Source of the DNA: the human T2T-CHM13v2.0 reference genome, Homo sapiens
DNA: 64,000 nt
Assembly: GCF_009914755.1 (NCBI RefSeq)
Contig: NC_060931.1
Strand: one strand, 5' to 3'
Made by a program: the position numbers and the translations under genes. Below the pieces are notes generated by a model, which saw only the letters and a list, made by a program, of their open reading frames with translations, was not told where the DNA came from and searched no databases. Shown one piece after another: positions 1 through 17,770 of the stretch (positions are counted from its first letter, which is position 1; every line of letters begins with the position of its first letter).

Positions 1-2150
<2,150 letters not shown>

Positions 2151-4170
2151 ATTTTTGGATAAATTTAAAATTCTTAAAACAAATTCCATCAATGATTATT
2201 TTAACAGATTTTATTAAGCTTTTGAATCTGGCTTTTTAATATTTAAAAACCACATGTTTTCTCTATGAGGGCACTGAGTTGGCTTGCTTAACACCAGCTT
2301 TTTTGTCATAATGTCAAGGGTTGAGCACAAGTATGTTTTCTTTTTTGCCAAATAGGGTTTCTACTGTGTTTTCCTTGATAAAAATCATTTCAAGAAACTT
2401 CATATCTTGATTATGGTAATTACATGCCAAGCCTACTAATTTGTTTTGAAGTAAATATTGAGAGATATTTTACCCAAAATTCTCAAGTATAATTTTCTCA
2501 AGTGATTTTTGGTAATTGATTCAAATTTGAGCACCAATAACTTCTTTTAACATTTTGCTAAGAGTGACTTTCAAATGATATTTTCAGCCCTCGCATAGGG
2601 AAAGCATTACCTGAATTCATCCCAAACAGACTAGATGGGATTTTGTTCTTTCCCTTGAAATATTTTTAAAGTAACCTTCTAATGGCAAATGGCACTAAGT
2701 CAAGAGAATGAAGGGATATTTTTAGCTCTGATTCACTGACTACCTAACAAGATTTTGGCATAAAAGCGTAAAACATATTATGAGGAGCAATGGTGTTGGT
2801 CTTTGCTGCTTGAAGTTTCAGGATTTTTATTCAAAACATCAGTGATGTTTGCCAAATATATCAGGGTCCTGAGAAAGTTATTATTTTTGAAAGTTTGCAA
2901 GTGTCCAATGATTGAAAAAAAAGTTCTTTTTTCCAGAGTATCTGTAATTTCATACCCATGCACAGCAAGAGATTAAGTACATTTTCTTTATCCATGGATT
3001 GAGCAAAGCTAGTAGTAAAAAAAGAAGAAAAAGAGTGATGAGTTGATTGTTGGCTATTTTTTCATTTGACAGACAAGTCAGGAATTTGACATTTGCTCAT
3101 AGGTACTGACAAATAGTTTGGAGTTTCTACCCATTTTAACTTTTGGCAGTACTCCAGATAGAAAAATTTGTGAGTTTTTCCCCTAGCTATATATGAGGGA
3201 TTTTGTTTGTTTGTTTGCTGTTAAGAGAGCTACTTGGAACAAATTTTTTACAATTTTACGGATTCTTAACAGTATATTTTACTACTCTTCATTTTCTCAT
3301 GTTTCAGAGCACAATACTCTGTAGGTAATTTGAATTTTTAAAAATAATGTTGGTGTGATCCTTTTCTCGTTGAGTTTGAGAAACCTAATTACTTTGCCTC
3401 TTTATATACACTATATTGAAATAATTTAAAAATACAGTTTTACTTAAATCACGGAGATCTTACCTAAAGATGCTATGCTTCAGGCTAGCCATAAGAATAG
3501 CAATATAATTTGCCTCTTTCATCATATGTAGCAAACAGATAGTTCATATACTTCATTGTTTACCATTACTTTCTCTGAAAGCATTGTTATTCTACATTGT
3601 GTATAATATACATCTAGCCAGGAAGATTTAGATATACTCTATTCGTAACATAAATTTATTTTTCAATCTATTTCTCCCATTTGAGAGATTTTTAGTTTGT
3701 CTTGTCTTGGAGTCTAGCTTACAACTTTTGCCCCATAAGTAATCAGATATTCATGACCATGTTTAAGAGTTCCTCTGTATTTTGCATTGTAAAATCTTAA
3801 TAACATTGCTTCTAATACATTCCTCTGTATTTTCTCTTGGAACAAGTCTCCCTAAAATTGTTACCACTGGGTCAAATTATATGAACAAAATTATAAATGC
3901 TTCATTTTTAATTAAGAAGAGAAAGATTATATATTGTCATGTATTTCATTGCCATTATTCTTTTCCTTATAGTCATAAGTAAACTCCTAAATTGTGAATA
4001 CTTTTTTATTCATCTTTATACATTTTGTAATACTTCACTTATTATAAGAGTTTGAAAATTATGATTTTTTCATTAGCATGCCAAAAAATGGGGTAACCAA
4101 ATTAACAAATTGTTTAATATTTTATATTTGATTATGTGTTCCAGAATTACTGTTTTGAAAATTAAAAGTA

Positions 4171-4470
<300 letters not shown>

Positions 4471-6191
4471 GTAACAGGTACCTGAAGCTCATTACAATAC
4501 GGTTCAGTTTTCTGAGTCACGCATTTAGTACCTTTTAGAACCTAGATTATTTTTTAAAAGACTCTATTATTCACCCCTGTAGTCAGCAAAAGTTATTTCA
4601 GGATGGCTGTATTTGATTCCTCTGTCTTCCTTCCCTTTATCTGTTCTCTCTTCCGTTAGTTCTTTGTTTCTAACTCTGTTCATTCATGTTGCTTTCACCC
4701 TGTGATTTCGAGATCTTCCATATTCCTATCAGAGTGGCTCCAGAAAGTGTTTGAGAGTTAAGATATTCCTGAGTACTATTTCAGTTCCTTTTTTCTTTCT
4801 TTCTACCCTGACCTGGACTCCAGAATATTTTGTGTGGCCCACTTTGTCAGCCTGTTTTTTTTCTTCCTTTTTAAACAATTCTTGAGCATATTCAATGATC
4901 ACAGCATTTCATTCTCATTCCTCTAAAAAATCAGCCTGGCTTCAAAATAGCATGAACGTCCTTTTCAAGTGACTGTTTGACTCCATGAACATTTGTTATA
5001 TGATTTAGGCTTGTGAATGGTTTGCCAGAGGGCATATAAATCATACTGCTTAACCCTTTCCTCCACTATTTGAAGAGAGCACATTTTACACATTCTTCTA
5101 ATGCTGGAATAGCATATGGTTCTACAGAATGGTTTACTTCTAGCAAATTTTTCTTAATTTTTTGAAACATCCCAAAACTATACACTGAGTTTATTTAGTT
5201 TACAAAAAGAAAATCATTTATACTTAATAAGTTTTATGTGGTATTTATATATATATGGATATAGAAATATGTTTGGGTTTAAGAATTAACTCCTACAAGA
5301 TTGAAACCACTTCAGACACTTGAACTATTAAAGCATGAATACCTGCATTCCTTTTATCAGAGAAGAATAGTTTGCAATAGTCTTACTGCCTGGACAGAGC
5401 TATATAATTTGTCTATCCATGATGTCATTGCCAGAAGCCAAATAGTAAGTTTTTTGTTTTAATGGAAGGGATTTTTCAGGTTGCTGGTTTACATGATGGG
5501 AATGCATTTGGAAATGCTTCCTGTTCCAGTCACCAGCCCCAGGCTGCCCGTACATTTTGGATTCAGAAATGACAGCTGAAATCATTTAGACAGAATTATG
5601 GGACATGTAAGACACGTACAGGTTTATTATGACCAAAAAGAAGAAAGAGAATACATGTTATGACTAAAAAGAAATGGCTAATTTAATTAGGCATAAACTA
5701 TTGCACTGTGATTGCTATGAGAGGATTTTTATGTAGTATAAAATACTGTGTACGATAACTACTTTTACCCTCTTTAGGGAATATGTATGTGGTATACTGG
5801 TAGAATTTTAAATCTTTCCTAAATGGCTTAAAACCAGGTAAAAATAAAACATAAACAGGCATTGTAATGTGTCAAATAAGTCTATACAGGAACAGTGGAA
5901 TACTTGAGAATAACATATCTGAGTGTTTGATGATGAAATAGTTTGCAGACCATATTGTCTCTATCATCATACCATGTCTTATGATGCAACTTGAGGCATA
6001 ATAATCTAGTTGTAATTATAATCTTGTCTTCAGAGTAGAGAGACAGCACTTTTTTACTGGTTCATGAATGGCTTGTTTTTGTTGTTAAAGATGATATGGA
6101 ATTTTAATATAGCATTAAACCTGAATAACATTTGATAAAATGCTTGCAATGTTTTGTTTGTTATTCACTGTTTTGAAAACGGACTCCTCTA

Positions 6192-6475
6192 GGCCAGGCA
6201 TGATGGCCCAAGCCTGTCATCCTAGTGCTTTGGGAGGCCAGGGTGGAAGGATCACCTAAGACCAAGAGTTCGAGACTAGCCCGGACAACATAGTGAGAGT
6301 CCGTTTCTGTAAAAATTAAGAAAATTAGTCAGATGTAGTGGCACATGCCTGTAGTCCTAGCTACTTGGGAGGCTAAAGAGGGAGGATCCCTTGAGTCTAG
6401 GACTTTGAAGTTATGGTGAGCTATGATCACACCACTACACTCCAGCCTGGGTGACAGAGAGAGACCCTGTCTCAA
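6192..6475 (+). mobile_element. Alu (AluJ-like)
   Basis: Diverged Alu dimer ending GAGACCCTGTCTCA. Confidence 0.93.
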
Positions 6476-6520
6476 TAGATAGGTAGGTAGATAGGTAGGT
6501 AGGTAGGTAGACAGATAGAG
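6476..6520 (+). repeat. (TAGG/TAGA)n tetranucleotide repeat in place of the Alu tail
   Basis: tagataggtaggtagataggtaggtaggtaggtagacagatag. Confidence 0.9.
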
Positions 6521-8840
6521 CCCCTTTGATATATAATGTACAGTGGGTACAGACTTCCTCTGTTAAACACCCTGAATGCCTGTGATTTCGTTTTAAAGGA
6601 TAAGTTGGTTAAACTTTCCTTTCCCTTTTTTCTCATTAATGAATGATTCTCATGTATTGGAACTCACATTATAATTTTATTAGTTATAATTTGGAAGTGA
6701 AGTAGATAAGTACTGTAAAGCATAACAGGGAAAAGTGCAATTTCAAAGTCAATTTAATCTTGTGGACTGCATATAAGAGCAGTTTGAACCTAACTGCTCA
6801 GTAATTTCATGTTTTAATTCTTATAGCAATGTAGGCTGAATAAAACAGAGGTTATACCTAGAGGAAAATGGCATTGATTGCTATAGAAGAAAGGAGGGTT
6901 CAGCTTCTGTAAGTTTTCTTCAGTTGCCTCTAGCAGTAACAGTTTCCCAATAAATTACATGACTGTAATAAGGTGCAGGTGAAGTAGATTAAAAACTATT
7001 ATGAAAGGATAGTGAGTTATTTCAAAGTTCAGAACCACCCTTAAGTGTGGTTGTAGTGAAATGTGTGTGGTGTGTGCACTGTGTCTCAGACATGGGACAC
7101 TGGTAATGAAGATGACATTGGCCAGTGGGAAAATAAGCATCAAGGCATCCACCCTTGCTTCCTTGGCCACACTAATAATTACTGTCATTGCCATAAAATT
7201 TGGGACCACATGGGGTACCACAGAAAAGTAGAAATTATTGCCCTTTTTCTTCAGAAAATAGTGGACTTCTGATATTTCCTCTTACCATTGAAAGGGTGGC
7301 TTAGAGTTTTTATAATGGGTTCATTCACCTGGAAGAGGTTGGAGTGTCTATAATCAGATGGCATGTATACCCAAGGGAGCTTCTTAAACAAGCAGAGATC
7401 AATCAGGGAATTTTTATGCTTCCCTTTTGCACCGTATTGACTAGTTTGTAACATATCCCATTTTTAAAACAATGTGTTCACTTAAAGTTTTCATCAATTT
7501 CAAAACAAAATATAACAAATTTGGTGTTTACACATAAACTATGCCTACCTATTTAACATTAAATTCAGAATTATTTTTTGTAGTCTTTCTGTATCCTTAT
7601 GCCAGTGAAACTATTTTCATTTGTGTGTATGTTATAAAATCTATACAAAGCTTGAATATATTGACTGTCCTTTCACTGTCAAATAGAAAATTAAATGAAA
7701 CAGAAGTTAAGGATATAGAGTCTGTGTTTAATCTAACTTTCAAGAGAGGATTTCTGTTGGTCATCTCCATGGAATGGCTTCCTTATTTTTAGCCTAGATG
7801 CAAAAACTAGGGCTATGCTATTTTCAATGTCACATTTTGGCAGTGCTCCTGAAGAACATCGAAATTAGCTTACAAATATTGTGTACACCAGGCTTGACAT
7901 TGTAGGAGAATGGAAACAAATACATGTGTTCAGGAAGGGGCTTTATTTGGATTTTTGCTTGAAGGGAAAAGTCTAGTTTGAAAGCCAATGCTAATGCAAA
8001 AGCAGAATTTCTCTGAGGAACTTTCTATCTCATGAATAGGAGGTCTGATCATTTGAAGAGTCAACAATTGGAAAACCTCACTTCATGAATAATGTTAGGT
8101 AAAGAGAAACATAAGCACTTACTGAAAGAGGAAGCCTATTAACAGTTCTCCTATACTTGTTTCTGCCCTGGAAATGGCAAAATTTCATGTCCAAGAGGTG
8201 GTCTGAGTTTCAGATAGCTTTCTTACCAGTGGCTTTAGATGGAGGGATATTGCTTCTTTCCCTTGACCCAAGGTCAGATTCAAAACAGGGTAAGGGATGG
8301 AGAGAGGAAAATATGCAAAGGTGAGTGTTGTTTTCTAGCTTGTTTTTTACCTTTTCTTTGATCTGGCCTCTCTGTCCTCCTCTTTTAAAAGGGGCAGTTC
8401 TCCACTCACGCCTGTTTTAAAATGGACATTATATACGTAATTAATCTTTCTAGTTTTCTTCTGTGTCTTTCATTTTGAGCCTCATGGCTGTTGTTGCACC
8501 ACATGACTAAGATGAGTCAGTATAGTTCTCAGATCTGCATATGACTGCAGTTAACTGAGACTCAACTGTGAAAATGCCTATTAGTAAAATGTCTTTTCAA
8601 TTTTCTGTGGTCTTTCCATGTTCTGTCTTTTAACAAGGGGTTATTTTTCTCTTGCTTTTTATATTGATCCAGCCACAGAGAAATCAAATCAATATGGGAA
8701 ACCCACAGTCTAAACCTCATAAACTCTTTTACAGAAAACATTTCACCTCAAGAGGGTTATGATTTCAGATACCCTCCTCGGATTCCTTCCCCTGGAGATA
8801 CTCCTGCACCTATGTAAATAACCAGATAAATGCTACCTGA

Positions 8841-9138
<298 letters not shown>

Positions 9139-10351
9139 AGAGGATACTGATTTTGAAAGGAATATATGCTAGTGTGGGGCTTGAGTCTTCAGAGCCTCTT
9201 TCTGCGCTCACTCTGTCTGCTGCTTGGTTTCTAAGTCAAGCCACACTTGATAGCTTCCTTTAAAACCACCGACTTCATGGAAGGCATTCAGGTGTAACCT
9301 TGTCAGACACAAGTATATCTGGTAGCATTAAGGCATAGCAATGGTGATGGAGTAAAGGGGAAAGTGTGGGAAGAAGAGGTGAGGCATAATTTAGTGAAGG
9401 AAAGAGGAGATGTTAGCCCATAGCCATGGTAGGGATTGGAGGGAAGCAATCTTTTGGATATGCGTAGTTACCAGGGGTCTAGTCTATAGGTGGTCCTCTT
9501 GGTATTAGGATAAGAAATAGCCAGAGATCAAGCCAGATGCATCTGAGCTTATTAGTATGTCATCACAGGAGAGTGAGCTGTTGGTCATATGCCATAGTGA
9601 TGTTCTGTTCAGAACTTTATAACCAGCAGTGCCTTTTGGCATCATTCTTAAGTGTAGTTCTGTATTTCTGGATAAGTGCAAATCATAAGGGTCACATAAT
9701 CCAATGAGTAAAACTAAGGAAAGAATGTATAAAGAAAAAAGATATGTATAATATAATGAAATTTGTAATTCAGGCACATGTAATGCAGTCCTAGGCACAA
9801 TACTATGTATTTAAAAAGAGAGAGGGAAAACAAACTGTTTTTAGTTTAGGTAAAATAGAAATTTGTGAAACATCAATGTTAAGGTGGAAAATGTGACATT
9901 GTAGTACCTCTTGTTCCCTCTTCCATATGAGATTCTCCATATTCTTGCCTCTAATCACTCAGAGCACTCTGAAGTTAGTGATATAATGCTGGATGTAGTT
10001 TCAGTGATTATATATAGAGAGTGGTGGCATGGGAATGGGAATGTCTGGGCATGCACATAGGAAGAACACATATGTAAAGATTAAATGCAACTCCTAGAAG
10101 TTCCTAGGGAACTTTTGACTATATGTATCATTCCTGTTTTTATTTCAATCTCTTCCAACAATTCTTCCCTAATTCCCTACCTCTAAACACGCTACAGAAA
10201 ATCACCGTCATCATCATCATCATGAATCATCATCACCTATAGTATCCACAATGTGCTGGACAATGTTCTGAAACTGCTATGGATGTTTACCAGTTAATTT
10301 TCACAATAACCATGTGAGGTTAATATGAAAATTGAACTAGGATTGTCTTCA

Positions 10352-10476
10352 TTACAGAGGTTATGTGACCTGCTCAAAGTTATGTAATGCTGATTTACAG
10401 AGATTATGTCACCTGCTCAAAGTTATGTAATACTGATTTACAGAGGTTATGTCACCTGCTCAAGGTTACACAGCTG
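10352..10476. repeat. 43-bp tandem repeat (~2.8 copies) inside a MIR
   Basis: Unit ttacagaggttatgt(g/c)acctgctcaaagttatgtaat(g/a)ctgat starts at 10352, 10395 and 10438. Confidence 0.9.
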
Positions 10477-11409
10477 AGGAAGCCATGTGTGTATAGATGA
10501 TGTGTGCGCATACACATAGTACGTTTTCGTGCCCTACATCTAAAAAATAACCTAAAATTTTAAAGGTTTAGGAAAGTCTTTTAAGTTTTCCCAGATCTCA
10601 TTTCTAGAGATGATCTTTTTCCTGCAATTCTTGATGCTAATGTCATTGGATTTGGAGGATCAGGAATTTTTTTCTCCAGTCCTAATGTATTTCCTTCCTC
10701 ATAGTTTTGTTGTTTCATTTTAAACAAGAAGCTTGAATACTTTATTCTTAGAAAAGTTTAAGATAATTCACAAGCATATAATATTCACAGAATGCTAGCT
10801 GTGTGAGTGTAGAGTTCATCTTATTTATGCAAAGTTGGCATTCTATAAATACATGCCATATATATAACACCATAAATGTTCTTTTGTACCCACCACTATT
10901 CCACTTCTTTAATTTGTTAACTTTAGAGGATCACATTAACATATGTTTTTATATTGAACTATTTCTCATTTCTAAGATTAGCCTTGTTTGGTCTTGATGT
11001 GTTAGTTTTTTAATGCCATATTGAATTTTAGCACCTACTGTTATTATTTTTAGAATATATACATCTGTGACTGTGATCATAGAGAGATTGTTTTAGTTCC
11101 CTCCATCCCTTTCTTGTGCTTGCCTAGTTTGACAATGTGTTTTAAAGAAGAAGTAGGAAGCATTCTTATCTTTTTCTGTACTCTGGAATAACTTGTATAT
11201 GTTATTTGAAGATTCGGAGCATTTTTTATTAAAACAGTCTGAATTCAGTACCTTTTTAGTTATAGCCCTTCCTATGTCTTACAAATTTTGTAACTTATGT
11301 TTTATTTAGAAAAACATTTTTTTCCTAGATATCAAATGTACTGGTTTAAAGATGTACAGTGCTGTATTTTAAAATCTTCACAATTTTAGTTGTCACTTTT
11401 CCCATTCTT

Positions 11410-11675
11410 TCCTCTTCTTTCCTCTTCTTTCCTCTCCTTTCCTCTCCTCTCCTCTCCTCTCCTCTCCTCACCTCTCCTCCCCTCCCCTCCCCTCTCCTCT
11501 CCTCTCCTCTCCTCTCCTCTCCTCTCCTCTCCTCTCCTCCCCTCCCCTCCCCTCCCCTCCCCTCTCCTCTCCTCACCTCTCCTCTCCTCTCCTCCCTTCC
11601 CCTCCCTTCCCCTCCCTTCCCCTCCCTTCCCCTCCCTTCCCCTCCCCTCTCCTCCCCTCCCCTCCCCTCCTTTCC
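11410..11675. repeat. Polypyrimidine/polypurine pentamer tract: (CTCCT)n, (CCCCT)n, (TTCCCCTCCC)n
   Basis: ~265 nt of almost pure C/T on the + strand, directly abutting the antisense Alu. Confidence 0.97.
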
Positions 11676-11987
<312 letters not shown>

Positions 11988-14149
11988 TAATGTTGATTAT
12001 GTCTTGGCAAACTCCTCACTTAATAAAAAAAATCAGACTTGCCAAAGGTTGGTTTGTTTTATTAGGCTTTTCATAGAAGTGGGTTTTTGTTTAATTGTTC
12101 AAACTTATTGTTTTCTAGTTTTTCTATTTAATGTCTGCTATTAACTGCATTGATCCCTTCTCTCTCTTTTTTTTCTTGTCTCTTTTGTTTTCTCTAGCTT
12201 TACTTTATTGGTTGTTTTATTCATTTTTAGTCATTTTTATGTTAAAATAAATACATTTAAAGGTCTAAATTTTCTTGTTGATGCTCTGACCAAATTTAAT
12301 TGCTTTGAAATGTAGTATATTTATTATCATTCATTTTTTACTGATTTAAGTATTTTTAGACTTTTTTAACTTTTTGTACATTTTTAGGAAAATAGATTTT
12401 TCTATTCATTCCTCCCTTTCTCATTCTCTCTCTTCAACTGATTTTCTTTCTTCCTTATTTTCCTCCTGCTGCCATTGAACTTAAAACACCATTGATTGGA
12501 AGAAACCTTATTGATATACTACTAAAAAAGAAAAAATGCACTGAATTAAACTATGATTGAATGCCTTCTTATTCCGAATTTTTATTTTATGCTTATTGAA
12601 AGAGCTAGAGAAGTTTTAATTCTGGCATTAAAAAAAAACCTTACCTGAAAATTTCAATAAATGGTTTCTAGGTAACAATTAGGGCTCACCCTTCACTGTT
12701 TCTTCTTCAGATGGTCCTTAAGTTGTTTGTTGGTGACTCATGCCATTGAGTAAACTCTGCAAATTGAGCAAAATAAAAAGTTTGCTGAGACACAGGCAAT
12801 AACAACTATATTGCATTCATTGCCTGGGTAATCATAAATGAATGCTGTTGTTCCAATATCAAAAATGAAAAGAATTGTATGTCTTAGAGTTGATGAAATA
12901 TAATATACTCTGATGTTAATTTTATTCAGTTTTGAGGAAAGGATGTAATATGATTTCAGCTTTCTGGAAATTTTTGAGATTTTCTCTTTGTCTCATACAT
13001 TGTCAGTTTTTGTGAGTAGGCCATTTGTGTTTAAAAAGCATGTGTAGCATGAGTTTATTGGGCATGCTATTTAATTGTGTTATATCCTTTATAGCTTTAC
13101 TTTTTTGGCCAATTCCATTTGTTAATTTTTGAAAGGAGTAAGCAAAACCCTTCAAGATTTTGTGAAATTTCCCGTTTCTTCTTTGATGTTTGTCAATTTT
13201 TGCTTTTAATAATGTATCCTATTGTTAGGTGTGCAAATGTTGAATACATGTTTCTTGAATTATGTTAAACGTGATTTTACATTGATATATCTGATTCCTT
13301 TTTATTGATATTTGCAATATAAATAACAAAATATCAAAAGTATAAATAAACATTTATTTTCAGACTTTCTGGATTTTTGGTATTTATTGTTCTTAGTTTG
13401 TGTTTGGGAAGCAGTATGAATTTGATTTTGTTTTAAAAACTGAGATTTTACATTTTTAATAAGCGTTTCAACACATCATGGACATGTGATTATTGATATG
13501 GTTGGATGTACTTTTCTTTTACCATTTTGTTTCTTGTGTGTGAAGCATTGAACAGATTAGATACACTTCTTGCCCTCCTGGATCTTATAGTATAATGAGC
13601 ATTATTTTAAAAGAATACCTTATTTTTATCTATTATATTATAAGTAAAAAGTACTTATCATATACTGGCTTCAAAAACAAATGTTCTCTCATTCTTTATT
13701 TGTCGTTCTCTGAGGATGGTGTTATCCTTATTTAAGGATGGGGAAGTTAATAATATGAAGTTACAAAATGGCAGTTTGGGGTCCAGAGTCATTCCTCATT
13801 TCACTAAATGCATGAAATAAAACTTTTATATAGTTACTCAGGAAAAACTCCATTGAACCTATTTTAATCATATTTTAGGTTTGTTTTTAGTGTGCTATCC
13901 TATACATAAAAGTATTCCCATCTGTACTTAGTTCCTTTTTCTCTTTGTCTGACATTTTGCCTGGACCAGAGAGAGAATAATTTCCAAATTAATCATAGTT
14001 TCTACCCTCATGGAGTTTCACTTTGATTTAGAAGCTAAATCAAAGCTTGGGTTGCCCAAGATAAAGGCAATTTTGTCTCAGAACATATCTAAGAGCATTT
14101 TCTCTGACCCATTTTCTTTGCCTTTGCCCTTCAGTTGGCTAACTTCTTT

Positions 14150-14410
14150 CATTCTCTACTCATGTCTTACTTAGAAGTAACTTCTTCCAGAGACCTTTCT
14201 GAAATCTCTAGACCTCATTGGGTTTCCCCTGCTGTGCCCTTGAACATCATCCAGCACTATTCTTAAAATACTACACAGCAGACTTTACTGTAATCAGTGG
14301 CATGTCTGGTTTTTTTCCATTTGCATCTGTTTCATTTACTCCTGTGTTCTTAGTGACTAGTGTTGTGCCTGGAACATGTGGGCTCAAAAATTACATGATG
14401 AATGATGAAG
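14150..14410 (+). mobile_element. L2 3' end fragment
   Basis: gtgcctggaacatgtgggctcaaaaatt...gatgaatga resembles the L2 terminus. Confidence 0.6.
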
Positions 14411-15386
14411 GCTAATTTCTGCATTGTATCCTCAGCAATTATAACCTAGCATGCAATGAAAGCTTAATAACAGAACCTGAACTGTTGTTATAAATGACTA
14501 CAGCAAGGTTCTTGAATGTATTATAAAACTTGTACTTCCTCAGTAATTCAGGCCTGATATTGGGGCACAAATGCTCATGTTCATTGGCTTTTACTGAATG
14601 ATTAAATGTTTCAGTTTTATAAATCTTATAGTACACTCCAATAAAATAATAAAAATGTGAATAGTAACTACATGCTTTTAAAAAATTATATATAGTTTAT
14701 GATATAAGCAGAAAAAGCATTAAGAAGAAGATATTTACTTGTGGACAAATCGAGCTTGCATATTTAAAAGAATAACAGCATGAGATGTTGAATATTCGTT
14801 TAAACATATCTGGATATATTTATCTTAATTTTTAATTTTGAAGATGTTTCTGTTAATTTATGAAGCATATTTGCTCAAATATATTCAGGAGTTCTAGAAA
14901 CCTGAAAATTATTTTTTCTGAATATGGACATAAAGATAAGTCCAGTGATTAATTTTACTAGTAGAATATATTTGTGGTATTTTTATCTCATATAAAATAA
15001 ATATTTTTTATTTGCATTTGCACTTGGAAAATATGGGATAATTGACATTATAATTGCATTGGTTAAATATGTGTGGTTTTCTAAGTTAAAGTATAAGGAT
15101 ATATTCAATGGAAAGGAAATGAGACACTTAACAAATTATGGACATGTATTCTTTTTAATATATAGAAATATTTAACATAAAACAGAGCCGAGAGGGAAAA
15201 ATAATGATTCAATTGTGTTTAAAATTAGGGGGTGGGGAGGCATGCCACTACATACACTGAAAAATCCACCCACTTGTCTTTTATTTGCTCTGTTCAGAAG
15301 GTAATGGTGAGTTTGAAGTAGGAAAATATTGATTTATTATGTTATAGCCAGAGGGTTATTAATACATTTTTCCTTTTCTTTTCTAG

Positions 15387-15449
15387 CACACTGATTTATG
15401 TCAGTACATGGACAAGCACCCTGGGGGGCTGCATCCAGATAATGTGAAG
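15387..15449 (+). CDS. CDK14: CDK14 internal coding exon (63 nt, phase 0-0), HTDLCQYMDKHPGGLHPDNVK
   Basis: Pyrimidine tract + TTCTAG acceptor (AG 15385-15386) and AAG|GTAGGA donor (GT 15450-15451). The translation matches the PFTAIRE-1 segment after the hinge and splices in frame to the 33700 exon. Confidence 0.96.
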
Positions 15450-17769
15450 GTAGGAAAAGATCTTTTTAAGCCAAAGGTTAGCATTCTTGATGTGTATTTT
15501 TTGAACTGAAGTCTAGCATCTCTACCATAACATATTTAAATTTTTTAAATTTTTTGTGTAAAGAGAAGGGATATTGAGGTGAACCAGTCATTGCTTCAGT
15601 TGAGTTGTTGGAAACCATGTTTTAACATTAAATATTTTTACTGGGGTATTAATATTTAGATCTCATCTTATATTTTCTTGCTGGAGAAACATTTGCTAAT
15701 AATAAGTGAAAACCACTGGAATCCTACTTTTTAACACTTCACAGTAGAGGGGAGTCTCAGTTCTAGCTTGGAACCCATACTGATGTACCAGTTGGTTTCA
15801 ACATAAAGCATCATTATGATCCAAAACAATGTTATGGTGGGTTCACAGTGCATGTCTTTTTATTTCTATGTACAAGCATATTCTACTTTCTGCTACTCTT
15901 TTTCCTTTCTTTTAGTAGAAATATTACTACCGAGTATCAAAAGAACTATGATTTCCTAAAATTTGACCTCACAATCATCTTGGGAAATTATTCCAAAATT
16001 TCAAGCTTCTTGGTATATGCAATAGAATTAGAAGAGATCAAAGTTATATCTGATATGGCTTAATTATGTACTTACATTGTGTAACTCAAATGACTACATT
16101 TCATAATCCTGAGAACCAATTGAGTATTACAGATGTATTTGAAGTAAACTTATTCATCTCAATTTCTTCCCATTTGTTATAAGAAACCCTATTAGTGATA
16201 AACTAAGAGGTCTTCACTTTATACCATAGTCGAATCACCTGGGAAACTTTCTATGTATATGTGTAAATGTGACAAGTTAATAGAGGCTTTTGTAGTGGTC
16301 AGTTACACTGTATAATTTTAAAATGTAGGAACTTATAGGAAATCTGTCAAAACATTGTTAAATAAATAATGGAATCAATATAGAAATTATAGTCTGTTGA
16401 TTTTTTCATATGTCTTCTTTTTGTGTTTTATTAGATTGCCTTTCCTTAAAGTTTTTTGACTGTTCATTTTTCTTAAAAATGTGTAACCATTAACATATAG
16501 TTTATTAGTAGTTAGATTAGGTTAGAAAATTTAATGGATGAAAATACGTGTTTTATTAATCTTGTCTATGTTCAATTCCAACTCTAAATATTAGTATTAT
16601 AACATGAACATAATTTTTTTAACATTAAAATCTCAAATTCTCTCATTTATACATCCACATGTTCTCAGGGTTTATTGGCTTTGAAATCAATAGTACAATA
16701 CATCTTCATTCTTGTTTCCCACTCTATCCCTGAGAATGTGTTGATCACCCAGCTAGTGAGACCACTGGCCCCGGGGAGCTCAGAAGTCTACCAGCCACAG
16801 TGGAAATGAGCAGATCCTCTGAGCTAACTTTGACTTCCTGACTTTCACATTCAGTGATACAATTGAGATTAAATAACTGATTGAATCTTTCCCACAGTCA
16901 TGACATCACTGGGCTTTTATTATCCCTGTTTAGTTTCTCACCAATCATGTATGTGTCATTAGTTATCAGCAACTGTTGGTGGAAAATTTTGTTGATGAAA
17001 AAAAGAAAACCTCTTTCCACAAAGCATTGCTGTGTTCTCTGTCCTCAGGCCACTGACATTGATGAATTTTGTCCCATTTTTACTATACGTTCTGCTTCTT
17101 CCATTACATTTTATTTTCCCTTATCTCCTAATGGTCATGGAGAAATGGGTCTCAAGGTTACTGTTTCTCAGTAACTGGGCTGTACCTCTAGAAACTGTCT
17201 CACCAGCTCTTATTGAAGCTTTGTGTGCTTTTCTTTCATCACATGGTCATTCATCATACTTCAAATACTTACTGTTTGCTCCTCATTCCGAGTCCAGGTT
17301 GCACCATGGTGATAAACAAGGTTTAACACTGCAGGACTTGGTGCCTCCTAGGACGTGGTGAGAAACTTAATGATGAGTGAAATGTGTAGTCAGTGTAGAA
17401 ATAATGTCACAGAAATTATATGTGACACTTACAGTGAGCCTGGGTATTTATATACAGCAGGAACTTTTCCTACTTGGAAGTTGTTTAACATGGTCACCGA
17501 TAGATGACTTACTACATTTTTGTTTCTAAAAAAAATGTGATGTGATTTACCTCTTCTTATTTTTTAAAATACCTTAAAAGCAGCAAAATGTATTCATCTA
17601 TGGGGATTCCTTTCCTCACAACTAGTGAAATCTTTGATTTGTTGAGGATCTTCTGAAATGTCCTGGACAGTCTCAGTGCTTGGCATATTTGTGGATACAA
17701 GAAACCTCAGTAATAAACTAAGAGGTCTTCACTTTATTCTGCAGTAGAGTCACCTGGCAAGCTTTATAT

Positions 17770-17770
17770 G

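Noticed and set aside
8378-8400. CTCTTTTAAAAGG resembling the preceding CDK14 exon (SLLKG)
   Set aside because: No continuation to LKHANIV. Chance similarity.
10352-10476. CRISPR-like array
   Set aside because: Head-to-tail units with no unique spacers, MIR-derived, eukaryotic context.
12000-13500. T-rich stretch, probably ancient antisense L1M
   Set aside because: Too decayed to assign boundaries or family by eye, so not listed as a feature.
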